This document shows positions 36,934 to 47,332 of a DNA stretch of 64,000 nucleotides, in pieces. Each line of letters opens with the position of its first letter. Within the stretch, counting starts at the first letter, position 1. The notes beneath the pieces are model-generated. The model was given only the letters and a program-made list of their open reading frames with translations, had not been told where the DNA came from and searched no databases. The position numbers and the translations under genes were made by a program. The DNA is from an uncultured virus (IMG/VR IMGVR_UViG_3300020185_004844) (taxonomy: Duplodnaviria > Heunggongvirae > Uroviricota > Caudoviricetes): IMG/VR virus record IMGVR_UViG_3300020185_004844. One strand, 5' to 3'.

Positions 36934-37723
36934 ATTTGCCATATTCGGACAGGAGCGGGCTGGCACTACCAGCCTTATTGCTGCTTTAAATAAAAACGAT
37001 AGGATAGTTCACGAGCCTCTTTCTTGCTTAACTGGAGACCTCGAGCACAACCCAAGGTATGCTAAAATCATTGAGGAGCACAACATGAATCCTGATAGTT
37101 TACCTGAGTCAAAAAATATTCCTTATTTTAATAAATTCAATAATATTTCTGAAGATAGGGATTTGCTTTGGCCTTTTCTTGATTCTCTTTTTCAGGAGTT
37201 TGACGGAGTCAAGCATGTATGGTGTACTGTTTCTGAGCCGGGCAATGAGCATTTCATGGAGTATTGTGTCGCACATGGAATTAAAATTATATTTCAATAC
37301 AGAGAGAGTGCTTTCTACCCCGCTATATCTTGGCAGCTTGCAAACCAAGTTCAAGTTTGGCAACTAGGAGAAGATAAAGAGCATAAATCAAAAGTTGACT
37401 CTTTCGAGTATCAAGAACTTGAAGAGCCGCCGATTAAACGTCGCACTGCTTGGTACAAAAAGTACATACCTTACTATCATTCATTACTACCATTTGATTC
37501 TTATATCTCTAAATACGAAGACCTTTACGGTTTGGAAAACTACGATGAAAGACTATCAAAATTCAATAAATTAATTGACTATCTTGACATAGAAGTAGAT
37601 TACAACAATATAGAAAACTTCCTTGGTACAGACAGAAGGGTATTTGGTAAAAAAGCATACGATAAAATATCAAACTTTCAAGAGATGTTCGATAAGTATG
37701 GGGAAGAAAAAATTATATTGTGA
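36923..37723 (+). CDS. Sulfotransferase (Stf0/NodH-like)
   Basis: QERAGTTSL, HEP, R......AISW..A, YEDL. Confidence 0.7.
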   Translation: MGSKFAIFGQERAGTTSLIAALNKNDRIVHEPLSCLTGDLEHNPRYAKIIEEHNMNPDSLPESKNIPYFNKFNNISEDRDLLWPFLDSLFQEFDGVKHVWCTVSEPGNEHFMEYCVAHGIKIIFQYRESAFYPAISWQLANQVQVWQLGEDKEHKSKVDSFEYQELEEPPIKRRTAWYKKYIPYYHSLLPFDSYISKYEDLYGLENYDERLSKFNKLIDYLDIEVDYNNIENFLGTDRRVFGKKAYDKISNFQEMFDKYGEEKIIL

Positions 37724-38604
37724 ACTATGCTGTTTTCACACATTTGTTTTTTCGTCCCAATCTTTTTCACTTTGAAGAATGGTTAAAGTATCACCTTGAT
37801 TTCGGAGTAGATCATTTTTATTTTTACGAAAGTTCTCACCCTGGAATACCTTGCTTACAAAGAGATACTAAAAGAGAGATTAATATACCTTTAGTGGGTC
37901 AAATTTCCTACAACAATATTTACAAGCATTATAATAAAATCAAGGAAAGGTATAGCGACCACTGTACCTTCATCAAATGGCTACCTAAGGATAAAAGAGG
38001 CAACTATCTAGAGCATCATCAAGTCCATGCCTACGAACAAGCCACTGCCCTTAATCACTTTTATAAAAATTATGCCAAAAAACACAATAGAGTATCGACT
38101 ATAGATTGTGATGAATTTTATTACAGTAACAGACACAATAATATAAAAAGCTTTCTAGATAAAAATAAACAAGATATTTTATTATTAGGTTGTAAATTTT
38201 TTGAATCTGCATTCATCAATGTCGGCGGCTTAGTAACACAAAAGACAAAGTGTTTGGATAAATTCTCAAGGGTTGGCCCTAAATATATATTTAATCCCGA
38301 GAAGACTAATTTAAGATACAAGAATTCGCCCCACTTTCCTCCTAGTCAAAACAAAACTAGTGTGAATATAGAACAAGAACATTTTTGTTTTTATCATTAT
38401 AAAGTCAACGAAAATGCAAAAATTTCAATAGAGCACCACGGCAAACAAAAAATGGAATACACAGAAGATAAATCAATGGCTCAAAAAGCTCAGTATTTAC
38501 AAGATTATAATTTTATAAAAAAGCCACAAATACAACAAGATTTTATTGATTCAGAAGAAGATATATTAGGATTAAAATTATTTAAATGGAATAATGTATT
38601 ATGA
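37720..38604 (+). CDS. Glycosyltransferase (GT92/GT2-like)
   Basis: EEWLKYHLDFGVDHFYFY, IDCDEF, K.IFNP, PH, HY. Confidence 0.75.
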   Translation: MNYAVFTHLFFRPNLFHFEEWLKYHLDFGVDHFYFYESSHPGIPCLQRDTKREINIPLVGQISYNNIYKHYNKIKERYSDHCTFIKWLPKDKRGNYLEHHQVHAYEQATALNHFYKNYAKKHNRVSTIDCDEFYYSNRHNNIKSFLDKNKQDILLLGCKFFESAFINVGGLVTQKTKCLDKFSRVGPKYIFNPEKTNLRYKNSPHFPPSQNKTSVNIEQEHFCFYHYKVNENAKISIEHHGKQKMEYTEDKSMAQKAQYLQDYNFIKKPQIQQDFIDSEEDILGLKLFKWNNVL

Positions 38605-38618
38605 AATAATTTTTAGCC

Positions 38619-39506
38619 ATGAATAATTATTACTATTTTTCTCGCGATACTGGCTGGGGTGATACTTTATGGCATCTCACTAATGCATTAATGTATTGTG
38701 AGCAGAATAAAAAAGACATACTCATTGATATGCGGGGCCACTGGGCCAGTAAAGTCGACAAGAATTTATTTGGGGAATATTTTCAAAACATAGATACAGA
38801 TATAGAAGTTATCTTAAATGAAAGATGTATAGATCAATACAAAAAAGAAGCTGAACCCCACTCAGATTCAAGGTTAGTTATTAAAAACCCACTCAAATCA
38901 AAAGAAGAGTCTAAGAAGTTTTATGAGGTATTTAATCGGATTAATGTCCATGGAGCTATTGCGGCCGAAATTAATGAAGTTCGCGAGAAATATTTTTCAG
39001 GTAATTATGTAGTTGGTGTGCATGCTAGAACATCTAACGGAGAAGTCCTTCCTCCCAAAACAGGAAACTCCAACCGCTTTCAGGGAGAAAGAAATGCTAT
39101 AGATACTATCTTTAATATATTTAAAGAGAAGATAGATCATGTTTTATTTGACTCTCCTAGGGCATTTTTAAAGGCCTGTGATAACTATAAGTTTTTTCTC
39201 GCAACTGACTCAAGACAATTTGCTAATTTATTTGAAAAAGAATATGGAAACACTATCATAACAGAGAGATATTTTGCTCCCCCAGGTTGTGGCACTGGAC
39301 ACGAAAAAGGCGAAAAATCTACAGACATAGAATTAAAGATGGAAGAAGCATACGGCAGAACAAAGATAGCTAAAGAAGCACTAGTGGACTTCTACTTGTT
39401 ACAGCATACAAACTTTCTATTTAAAAACTTTAGCAGATTCAATGAGTTTTGCTTATATAAAGGTATACCAAATTTTCACATTAACTTCCAAGAGAAATGT
39501 TATTAA
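38619..39506 (+). CDS. NodZ/GT23-like fucosyltransferase
   Basis: GWGDTL, LIDMR, VVGVHARTSNG, FLATDS, ALVDFYLL. Confidence 0.75.
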   Translation: MNNYYYFSRDTGWGDTLWHLTNALMYCEQNKKDILIDMRGHWASKVDKNLFGEYFQNIDTDIEVILNERCIDQYKKEAEPHSDSRLVIKNPLKSKEESKKFYEVFNRINVHGAIAAEINEVREKYFSGNYVVGVHARTSNGEVLPPKTGNSNRFQGERNAIDTIFNIFKEKIDHVLFDSPRAFLKACDNYKFFLATDSRQFANLFEKEYGNTIITERYFAPPGCGTGHEKGEKSTDIELKMEEAYGRTKIAKEALVDFYLLQHTNFLFKNFSRFNEFCLYKGIPNFHINFQEKCY

Positions 39507-39507
39507 A

Positions 39508-40146
39508 ATGATTAGTCACAAACATAAATGCATATTCATACATATTCCTAAAGCCGCCGGAACATCTGTCGAAAAATTCTTAAGGCAAGTTGACCCAGAA
39601 ATACCATCTAAAGTTTTAAGAAAGAGGGGTTTTAGTAAATTCTTCAACGACCATTTAGATTATTATGTTTTCTCTTTTGTTCGTAACCCATATGATCGTT
39701 TTGTCTCTGCATGGAAATGGGGCGAGTTACAGTATCGAGTGCACCCAGACATAGAATTTTATCAAAAAAAGAGGTCTGTGTCCTTCGACGAGTATGTACA
39801 GTTAGCTGTAGATGATGAGTATAGAATGTTCAATAAAGATCTTTGGAGTGAGTACGATGGTTATCATACACTACCTCAGTTTGAGTTTTTTCCTCACTTA
39901 AATGGCGGCCACTATTTTACAGATAAAATCGACTCTGACTTTACTTGTGATTTTATTGGTAGATTCGAAAACCTGCATGAAGATTTCAATAAGATTTGCT
40001 CCAGTATAGGTATCAAAGAATTAAAACTACCACATGCATACAATTCAAAAAACTTCAAAGAAGAATTTGAATGGAGTGATTTATCAAGAGATAAAATATA
40101 TAACTTCTACAAAAAAGACTTCGAGTTATTTGATTATGAATCTTAA
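39508..40146 (+). CDS. Carbohydrate sulfotransferase (Sulfotransfer_2 family)
   Basis: MISHKHKCIFIHIPKAAGTS, FVRNPYDRFVSAW, FIGRFENL, DFELFDY; start placed at ATG 39508. Confidence 0.9.
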   Translation: MISHKHKCIFIHIPKAAGTSVEKFLRQVDPEIPSKVLRKRGFSKFFNDHLDYYVFSFVRNPYDRFVSAWKWGELQYRVHPDIEFYQKKRSVSFDEYVQLAVDDEYRMFNKDLWSEYDGYHTLPQFEFFPHLNGGHYFTDKIDSDFTCDFIGRFENLHEDFNKICSSIGIKELKLPHAYNSKNFKEEFEWSDLSRDKIYNFYKKDFELFDYES

Positions 40147-40882
40147 AATTATATCATTCTGCAATTACCCTTATAGAGAAATAGCACTTAACTGGGTTAA
40201 GCACCTTAATGAATTATCTATAGATAATTATGAAGTTCTATGCCTAGATCCTGAGTCTGATGAATATTTAAAATCTCACGGATGTCATTCAAGAGTCCTT
40301 GATGAATTTAATGACGACTGGATCTCTGGGTGCAAGCATACAATGCGCAGAACATTTATATTCAAAAAATACCTAGAAGAGGGCTTTGATATAATCCACT
40401 CCGATACTGATGCTCTTTGGTTAAAAAATCCAATACCCCAACTAATAGAATCAAACAGTCAAGATATTATTGTCTCTACAGTTCGCCATCAAGAAGCATT
40501 CCCACCAGAAGTCCGCGAAGCTTTTGGGTTTACATGCTGTATGGGCTGGATTTTCTTTCGCAGTAATCACAGAACGATAAACTATTTAGATAAATTCCTT
40601 AACACTAGAGAAATTAAAGGGTCTGACCAGAAAAATTTTAATCAATTTTTATTAAGCAACCACCCATCTTCTCAAGCCCATAAACTTGGCGACGAGTTAA
40701 TTATTGATAATATCGCAGATCAATATTACAATTATCAAAAACTCTCTTTACTAGCATTAAGTAAACCCCTAGTAAAGCGGGGGCCAATAGAGGAAGAAAC
40801 ATATGTTTGGCACCCAAACACAAAAAAAGAGGCTGAGCACAAAAAGCAATCATTTGTAGACAGAAAGAAATGGCTACTTTGA
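40136..40882 (+). CDS. Nucleotide-diphospho-sugar transferase (GT77-like)
   Basis: ALNW, CLD, HSDTDALWLKNP, CMGWIFFRS, SDQKNFN; start placed at ATG 40136. Confidence 0.75.
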   Translation: MNLKIISFCNYPYREIALNWVKHLNELSIDNYEVLCLDPESDEYLKSHGCHSRVLDEFNDDWISGCKHTMRRTFIFKKYLEEGFDIIHSDTDALWLKNPIPQLIESNSQDIIVSTVRHQEAFPPEVREAFGFTCCMGWIFFRSNHRTINYLDKFLNTREIKGSDQKNFNQFLLSNHPSSQAHKLGDELIIDNIADQYYNYQKLSLLALSKPLVKRGPIEEETYVWHPNTKKEAEHKKQSFVDRKKWLL

Positions 40883-41562
40883 ATAAAAAACTAATTGCAG
40901 CATTAGTTTCTATAAACTATTCTGATTTTTTGGAATTAGTCTTACCATTTAATACTAAAATATTTGATACTATTTATGTCATCACTACCAAAGAAGATAA
41001 AAAATGCATAGATATATGTTCGCAATACGATAATGTGGAATACTTTATAGTTGACAATAACATTGTTAAAAAACATGGCAACTTCAATAAGGGGGCAATT
41101 TATAATATTTTTTTTGATTTTTTAAACGATCAAAATTTTAATGATTTAATTTGTTTGACTGATTCTGATATTATTTTTCCACCTGAGTTTAAGTCTTTAA
41201 TATCTAACTTACAAGATAATAATTTATACTCGTTACCGAGGGCTTTTTGTCAAAACGAAAATCAATTTAATAGATATTTAGCTCATATCAAGTCGGGTAA
41301 ATCCCACAATACTGGAGTCGACAGAAGGGCCGGACCGGATATAGCTGGGATTGGATATATGCAGCTTTTTAAATTCCGAAAAGATATTCGAATGTCTGAG
41401 GATTTTGGTCATGCTGGAAAATCAGACCATCTTTTTGTTTCCGAAAATTTTAAAAGAAAAGGTGGCAAATGCATTAATTTAAAAGAAGGGAAATATTGTG
41501 TTCACTTGGGTGCCACAGGAACTAACTGGAAGGGCAGGCATAGCAGAGAATGGAAAATTTAA
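40870..41562 (+). CDS. GT-A fold glycosyltransferase
   Basis: SINYSDFL, FNKGA, TDSDIIFP, GYMQLF, HLG...NWKGR. Confidence 0.65.
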   Translation: MATLNKKLIAALVSINYSDFLELVLPFNTKIFDTIYVITTKEDKKCIDICSQYDNVEYFIVDNNIVKKHGNFNKGAIYNIFFDFLNDQNFNDLICLTDSDIIFPPEFKSLISNLQDNNLYSLPRAFCQNENQFNRYLAHIKSGKSHNTGVDRRAGPDIAGIGYMQLFKFRKDIRMSEDFGHAGKSDHLFVSENFKRKGGKCINLKEGKYCVHLGATGTNWKGRHSREWKI

Positions 41563-42023
41563 TATCACATCTTGAAGGGCTGAATAAACATATTATTAAT
41601 TTAATAAAACTTGATAGCGGCGAAGTTGTAAACTCAACAAGCAAATGGCTAAGTGACCGCTGGTTCTTGCGCGAAACAGACTTCGCAAAAGACTTAACAT
41701 GTGTTGAAATCAGCCCATTTAAAAATACAAAAGATTCTAATGTATTTGTAGGCGAGAAATATTTGGGGCATAAAGTTTACAAATCTTTATCTGATTCACC
41801 AGCATCTATCGATTTCTTATCTATACTTGATCCCGACATTGCTCTTGAATTTTTAGAGTCTATCTATTTTTCTCAGTATACAATCAAACATTTCTGCATA
41901 GCTATCAATCCAGTAAAGACGAAAGACTTTAAACAAAACAAAAAAGACATAGAATTATTCATGAAGGATAAAGTTAAATTCATAAAGCAAAATAGAACAG
42001 AACTTTTATATAGTGTAATATAG
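41550..42023 (+). CDS. Hypothetical protein
   Basis: 157-aa ORF overlapping the upstream stop. Confidence 0.6.
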   Translation: MENLISHLEGLNKHIINLIKLDSGEVVNSTSKWLSDRWFLRETDFAKDLTCVEISPFKNTKDSNVFVGEKYLGHKVYKSLSDSPASIDFLSILDPDIALEFLESIYFSQYTIKHFCIAINPVKTKDFKQNKKDIELFMKDKVKFIKQNRTELLYSVI

Positions 42024-42028
42024 ATACT

Positions 42029-43759
42029 ATGAATAACATACAAATTAAAACAGGAGCCAACTTAAGCAGGTTACTTCAATCTACCGTTAACATACCTCAA
42101 GCTTTTACCGAGCTAGTTAAGAACTCAATCCAAAACTTTTCAACTTTTTGTAAAATCGATTTTGATCAGTCGAGTGCTACCATCATTGATGACGGTCAAG
42201 GTTTTGATCACCTTAAAGACGAAAACGGCATGAGTGGGTTTGAAAAATATTTTGTCTTTGGAAACTCTTATGACTTAACTGGCGGACAAGGGATTAAGCT
42301 CGGCCAAATGGGGATCGGCGGTAAATTAGCCAACGACAAACTTTCGCATGAAACAGATATACACTGGACCATTGAGACAAAAGACAAGCACGGCAAGTGC
42401 TTCTTGGTTGAATATAAACCCTCTGGAGCTGAGTTTTTAAATGAATATTCTCCTTCCCTAAAAGAGATTCCCGCAGACGATTGTTCTATTGAGACGGAGT
42501 CTGGTACTAAAATTAGAATAGTTACCCTAAAAGAGGATATTCAAAAAAATGGATGGCCATCGGCGGCAATTAGTGGAGAGCTTTGCACATTCTTTGGTTT
42601 CTTATTGCCCCAATTAGAAAAAGAAGGAAAAAAGTTCAACATTTACCTCAATGGTAAAAGCTTAGATTTTTCATACAAACTCCCCGGCTCAAACATTCCT
42701 ATTGTTCGCCGTTCTTTTGATTATGATTACTATGGTGAATCAAAAACAGGAAACATTGAGTTCAGGCTTTCATTAATTTATGATCGATCTTTGATTAAAA
42801 ATCATCCCCTTAAAAATATTGACATTATTTCTAAAGTTAAAATTTGCCCTTTTCATTTGTCAGATCAAGATATGATTGAATCAACTCTTGATTGGTTAGA
42901 AAATAAAAATGGAGAAGAAATTGAAAACAAAGACAAGATTCACAATGTATTCAATCAATTAATTGGCTTTATTTCGTGTAATGAATTATCTGAAGTAATG
43001 GATAACACCGGTATGCCCGCCAAAGACTTATCTCATCATGGCTTGCGAAACGATCATCCAGTAACGATACCCTTTTATACTCGAGTTTATAAAGTTATAA
43101 TCGAATGGATTATTGAATATATTAAATTAAATCAAGAAGAGAAAATGAATATCCTTGATGCTTTAGCTAATGAAGTTTCAAGTATGTTGGCGGAATACTT
43201 TGAAGATGAAGACTTTTCCGATCTCTGGGATGACGAAGAGGAAGAAGAAGATGATGATGAAGACTTAGGCGAAGAAGAAATTAAAGAAGAAGAAGAGCGA
43301 CAAGAATTAGAAAAATTTGCTGAATTTACTATCGACAAAGAATGGGTTTTTGAACCAGAACCCGAAGAGCCTGAACCAGAAGAAGAGGAGGAGGAAGAAC
43401 AAGAGCCTGAACCTGAAAACAATATCCCACCTCTTTGGAATAAATTCAAAAACCAAAAACCTAAACGATCCAAAAGATTAAGGTATCAAATTATTGACTT
43501 TGGAGAAGATCAAAAAAAATTAATGTCTAAAGTCGATGATGCATCTGACTTTACAATATTAATCAATAACGGGAATCCAAAATTTCAAAGACTTTACAAA
43601 GAAAACTCACCTTTTCTTTTATCATTACATATATCTGAAATGTTGATTAGAGAAGTTGCTATGTACAGAAACCCGCTAGCTAGGCCTTCAGATATAGATG
43701 AAAGCATTAGTGACTTCTATGAAAATAAGTATTCTCAAGTAAAAGAAAAAAGTGAATAA
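42029..43759 (+). CDS. GHKL (HATPase_c) ATPase, MORC/Hsp90-like, with long acidic tract
   Basis: ELVKNS, IDDGQGF, GQMGIGGK, SGTKI; E/D-rich tract; C-terminal ILINNGNP. Confidence 0.8.
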   Translation: MNNIQIKTGANLSRLLQSTVNIPQAFTELVKNSIQNFSTFCKIDFDQSSATIIDDGQGFDHLKDENGMSGFEKYFVFGNSYDLTGGQGIKLGQMGIGGKLANDKLSHETDIHWTIETKDKHGKCFLVEYKPSGAEFLNEYSPSLKEIPADDCSIETESGTKIRIVTLKEDIQKNGWPSAAISGELCTFFGFLLPQLEKEGKKFNIYLNGKSLDFSYKLPGSNIPIVRRSFDYDYYGESKTGNIEFRLSLIYDRSLIKNHPLKNIDIISKVKICPFHLSDQDMIESTLDWLENKNGEEIENKDKIHNVFNQLIGFISCNELSEVMDNTGMPAKDLSHHGLRNDHPVTIPFYTRVYKVIIEWIIEYIKLNQEEKMNILDALANEVSSMLAEYFEDEDFSDLWDDEEEEEDDDEDLGEEEIKEEEERQELEKFAEFTIDKEWVFEPEPEEPEPEEEEEEEQEPEPENNIPPLWNKFKNQKPKRSKRLRYQIIDFGEDQKKLMSKVDDASDFTILINNGNPKFQRLYKENSPFLLSLHISEMLIREVAMYRNPLARPSDIDESISDFYENKYSQVKEKSE

Positions 43760-44501
43760 TTGCGGCGTTATTTATGTGGCGGTTGATCCGGAAACCTCAC
43801 CATCTCCTTTTAAATTCAATAGTGGTAAAAAATCAATACTGAGAGACGTTTTAAACTCAATAAATTCTCTTAAAAAATCTAATCCAGATTTAAATGTCAC
43901 TGTGTTTTCTGATTTTAATAAGGAGTTGTTTTGCGAATCTTCAGCTGATAAAATAATCCCAATAAAAAATGACTTTGGTTTCATCCCAAAGGTTTTTGGT
44001 ATCAAAAATAGTCCATATGAAAAAACTATCTTTTTAGATTGTGATACTTATATTGCACAAAATATTTCTGACCTTTTTGATCAGCTTGAAAGTTTTGATT
44101 TTTGTGTCGGTACGGAATTCTTGGATAAAGAAATTTTAAATACCGGAGTTTTAGCTTTTAATAAAAATAACGATATTCTTGTGAATTTTCTTGAATTATG
44201 GCTAGATCAAATGCTATCAACAAAAGCGAAGGTTATCTCTGAGCAAAAAAAGTTTTCAAACAAAACTCCCGATGACCAGGGGTGCTTCAATGGCATATTA
44301 AGGATGCAGCATAAAAACCCAGATGGCAAACCTTATTTTATCAAGAATATGATTAACATTGCCAGGTCGCTACACTGGAATATATTAGACAACAAAATTT
44401 GGAATTGCAGAAATACTCAATACAAACACTTGCTAGAAAGCGACTGGGACTTTAATCAAACTAAAATTTTCCATATGAGAAGTTTCAGTGGGCATGAGTA
44501 A
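43752..44501 (+). CDS. GT8-like glycosyltransferase
   Basis: SPYEKTIFLDCDT, NTGVLAF, DQG, WNCR, IFH. Confidence 0.7.
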   Translation: MNNCGVIYVAVDPETSPSPFKFNSGKKSILRDVLNSINSLKKSNPDLNVTVFSDFNKELFCESSADKIIPIKNDFGFIPKVFGIKNSPYEKTIFLDCDTYIAQNISDLFDQLESFDFCVGTEFLDKEILNTGVLAFNKNNDILVNFLELWLDQMLSTKAKVISEQKKFSNKTPDDQGCFNGILRMQHKNPDGKPYFIKNMINIARSLHWNILDNKIWNCRNTQYKHLLESDWDFNQTKIFHMRSFSGHE

Positions 44502-45351
44502 ACCCTTTCTTATAGCTAACAGAAATTGCGGCCTCGGGGATATCTTAGGCAATGCGGCATTATGCTGGTATCTTGCAAAAAAATCTAATTCTGATTTAAT
44601 AGTCGATTGGCAAAAAACTATTTACAATAATTATAAAACTCCAGTTAATTTATTTAGCACCATATTTAATAATAAAAGCATTGATGGGGTTGAGGTTTTT
44701 GAACCTTGCGATTTTAACAATGATTATGATATTCAAATTAAAAATAAATTTTCAAATCAATACTCAAAAATGATGCTAAAAGATTATAAATTCGATGAAT
44801 TAGAGCAGGACTTCATTGCATATAATTTTCTTAAAAAACTTAACCTAAATACATCAATTACAAACACCATTAAAAACTTTTATCAAAAAAAACTAAAAGG
44901 GCGCGAAATATTATCTGTTCATTTTCGCTATGGTGATCACGATGAATTCTTATTTAGAGGCAATCGCAAGCAATTCAGGTCATTAGGTTTTTCTGAAGGC
45001 GACACGAAAAAAAATAACATAACCAACTGCTTTAAATTATACAAGAAAAAAATAGATGAACTATTATCATTTAATAGTGATCTACTGGTTATGATATTTA
45101 CCGACTGTCAATATTTTGCAAAATTATTATCAGAAGAATATAATTGTGTTGATACCGTAAATTCTTATCCTGATGACAGCCAAGCCTTGCACTTGACAAA
45201 ACAAAATGATTTCTTAAAGAAAATAAATGAAGCAACAACATGCATGTTTTTAATGAAGGATTATTCTGACTTTTTGATTTGTAATCAATCTAACTTTAAT
45301 TATTGGCCTAGGCTTTTTATACCTAAATTCAATCAAACAATTCTCTTTTAA
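44494..45351 (+). CDS. NodZ/GT23-like fucosyltransferase
   Basis: CGLGDIL, LIVDW, NLF, SVHFRYGD, IFTDC, SNF. Confidence 0.7.
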   Translation: MSKPFLIANRNCGLGDILGNAALCWYLAKKSNSDLIVDWQKTIYNNYKTPVNLFSTIFNNKSIDGVEVFEPCDFNNDYDIQIKNKFSNQYSKMMLKDYKFDELEQDFIAYNFLKKLNLNTSITNTIKNFYQKKLKGREILSVHFRYGDHDEFLFRGNRKQFRSLGFSEGDTKKNNITNCFKLYKKKIDELLSFNSDLLVMIFTDCQYFAKLLSEEYNCVDTVNSYPDDSQALHLTKQNDFLKKINEATTCMFLMKDYSDFLICNQSNFNYWPRLFIPKFNQTILF

Positions 45352-45352
45352 T

Positions 45353-45874
45353 ATGAAATCAAGTGCCAGAATCATACAGGCTTCTGGAGAATTTACTGGA
45401 AGCACTTTACTGATCAACTATCTGGTTGGTTTTTTTTGCCCCGATTCTCCTGCCGTCTTTGGTGTGGACTCTAACATCCAAGATAATCTTGTAACTAAAA
45501 CTCATTACTTAAATTTGGATGACTTTCAAAGAAAGTTTGGGTTCAATTATGAATTATTTTTTGTAAGCTCTTATCGTGAAAACGACCCACTTAGGCCAAA
45601 AAGAGTTTTTAGAAATTTAGATAGTAAATATCTATCTAGAGACAATATACTTATTATAGACTTTAATAAATTACGAGATACGGATTATATTTTTGATACT
45701 TTTTTAAATTTTTTCCCTAAAAGTTTATTGCCTAATCAAAGCACTGAATCCATTAAGCAACAAATGCTTACAAGAATTGATAAAATGAACAAGAGATATG
45801 CTGAAATCTCCACACTACCCAGGTCTTATGTTGACCCAATATACGGGCTACATGGCTCTCACAGAAAATCTTAA
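45353..45874 (+). CDS. Sulfotransferase-like protein
   Basis: FTGSTLLINYL (PSB-like), KTH, SYR, C-terminal YGLHGSH. Confidence 0.5.
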   Translation: MKSSARIIQASGEFTGSTLLINYLVGFFCPDSPAVFGVDSNIQDNLVTKTHYLNLDDFQRKFGFNYELFFVSSYRENDPLRPKRVFRNLDSKYLSRDNILIIDFNKLRDTDYIFDTFLNFFPKSLLPNQSTESIKQQMLTRIDKMNKRYAEISTLPRSYVDPIYGLHGSHRKS

Positions 45875-45876
45875 TA

Positions 45877-46539
45877 ATGCATTACGATCTTTACATATTA
45901 ACTACAGCAATTGATAGACCTGATTTACACAATCAGGCACTACCACCATTTCTTGATATACTTAAAAAACAAGATATCAATTATAAATGGTTTATTAATT
46001 TAGACTCTCCATTTAAAAAAACACAAGAAGCGATAGATAATTTTAAAAATTTTACTGGAGGTATTCAGGATTTACATGTGTCAGATAAGGCTTGCTTTTA
46101 TTCGGCGGCAAAGCATGTGATCACTTCGGCGTACAACGAGCTTCAAAACTTAGACGGCTATGTTATGTGGCTTGAAGATGACTGGGATTTGCTGATTCCC
46201 TTTAATATGCGCGAATTAGTTGATAGCGACTACGAATATATTGGCTTTCATTTCCATCATTTTTTTGAGTTTTCATTCAACCCAACTATGTGGAACAAAG
46301 ATTTCTTTGTAAAAAATGTATACAAACCCTTTGCGGTTTCAGAAGAGTCCATTGATCCAGAACAACTACTTATTAATCACCACAAACAAACGAAATCTAA
46401 AGACCCTAATCACTTAAAAAATGTGAATCGGATTAGCTTTAACGGTGTATTTGAAGATGCTGGCAGAAAATGGGGCGAGCAATATAATTTAAAAAAATGG
46501 AATAAAAACAAAATAGGAGGAAGTGTCAGTTATGCCTAA
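45877..46539 (+). CDS. GT-A fold glycosyltransferase-like protein
   Basis: TTAIDRPDL, INLD, WLEDDW, SFNP, DPE, DAGRKW. Confidence 0.6.
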   Translation: MHYDLYILTTAIDRPDLHNQALPPFLDILKKQDINYKWFINLDSPFKKTQEAIDNFKNFTGGIQDLHVSDKACFYSAAKHVITSAYNELQNLDGYVMWLEDDWDLLIPFNMRELVDSDYEYIGFHFHHFFEFSFNPTMWNKDFFVKNVYKPFAVSEESIDPEQLLINHHKQTKSKDPNHLKNVNRISFNGVFEDAGRKWGEQYNLKKWNKNKIGGSVSYA

Positions 46540-47332
46540 AGCCTCCATAATTCTTTCTTCTTACAACAACTTATCTGCACTCGAGTTAAGTATTGAGAGC
46601 TTGCGCTATCAAACAGAAAAAGACTTTGAGATTATTATAGCAGATGATGGCTCAACAGATGGTACAGTAGAATATTTAAAACAAGAAGGAATAAAATATT
46701 TTAGCAGCCCAAATGAAGGTTATAGACTTGCATATATTTGGAATCGAGGCGCAGAACTAGCAACTGGAGATAGATTAATTTTTGGTAATTCAGATATTAT
46801 ATGGTCTCCAGATCACATCTATTCTCATTTACAATTCGCAGGTGATGTAGTAGCAGGCTCTTACCCTTCAATACCAATTAATAAAGTCCCTCTTGTGACT
46901 AAAGATTTAATCAAGAATAATTTTTCATTTATCAGGTCTTTATCAAATAAAGATAGGAGGTCTAGGTTTATCGAAAAAACAGAAAAACCCTACCTTTTTG
47001 ACGGGAAAGATACTGTTGCAAGAAGGATGCACGGAGGAAATTGGTCTTGCACCAGAAAAGACTTCGATGAAGTTGGGGGTTTAGATCAAAACTTTAAAGG
47101 TTGGGGTGGAGAAGATTTTGACATTGCCAGAAGATTATCAAGGTTAGGTAAGTCGATTAAATTTTCTCTTCAAACAATTGGCTTTCACTTAGATCACGAT
47201 AAAAATCCTAAACAATTTACAAGTCATTTAGGGAAATCATATTTTAATAAAAAGTGGGACTTAATATCACAAGGCCTTTCTGAAGATTCCGCAAAATCAA
47301 AAGCCTATTCGGAGGTTTTTTCAAATGGATAA
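46532..47332 (+). CDS. GT2 glycosyltransferase with GT7-like C-terminal motif
   Basis: SYNN, EIIIADDGSTDGT, NRGA, GNWS, F.GWGGEDFD; AGGAGG at 46515-46520. Confidence 0.88.
   Translation: MPKASIILSSYNNLSALELSIESLRYQTEKDFEIIIADDGSTDGTVEYLKQEGIKYFSSPNEGYRLAYIWNRGAELATGDRLIFGNSDIIWSPDHIYSHLQFAGDVVAGSYPSIPINKVPLVTKDLIKNNFSFIRSLSNKDRRSRFIEKTEKPYLFDGKDTVARRMHGGNWSCTRKDFDEVGGLDQNFKGWGGEDFDIARRLSRLGKSIKFSLQTIGFHLDHDKNPKQFTSHLGKSYFNKKWDLISQGLSEDSAKSKAYSEVFSNG

Noticed and set aside
43132..43473. Poly-Ser ORF on the minus strand
   Set aside because: Antisense shadow of the acidic tract in the GHKL ATPase.
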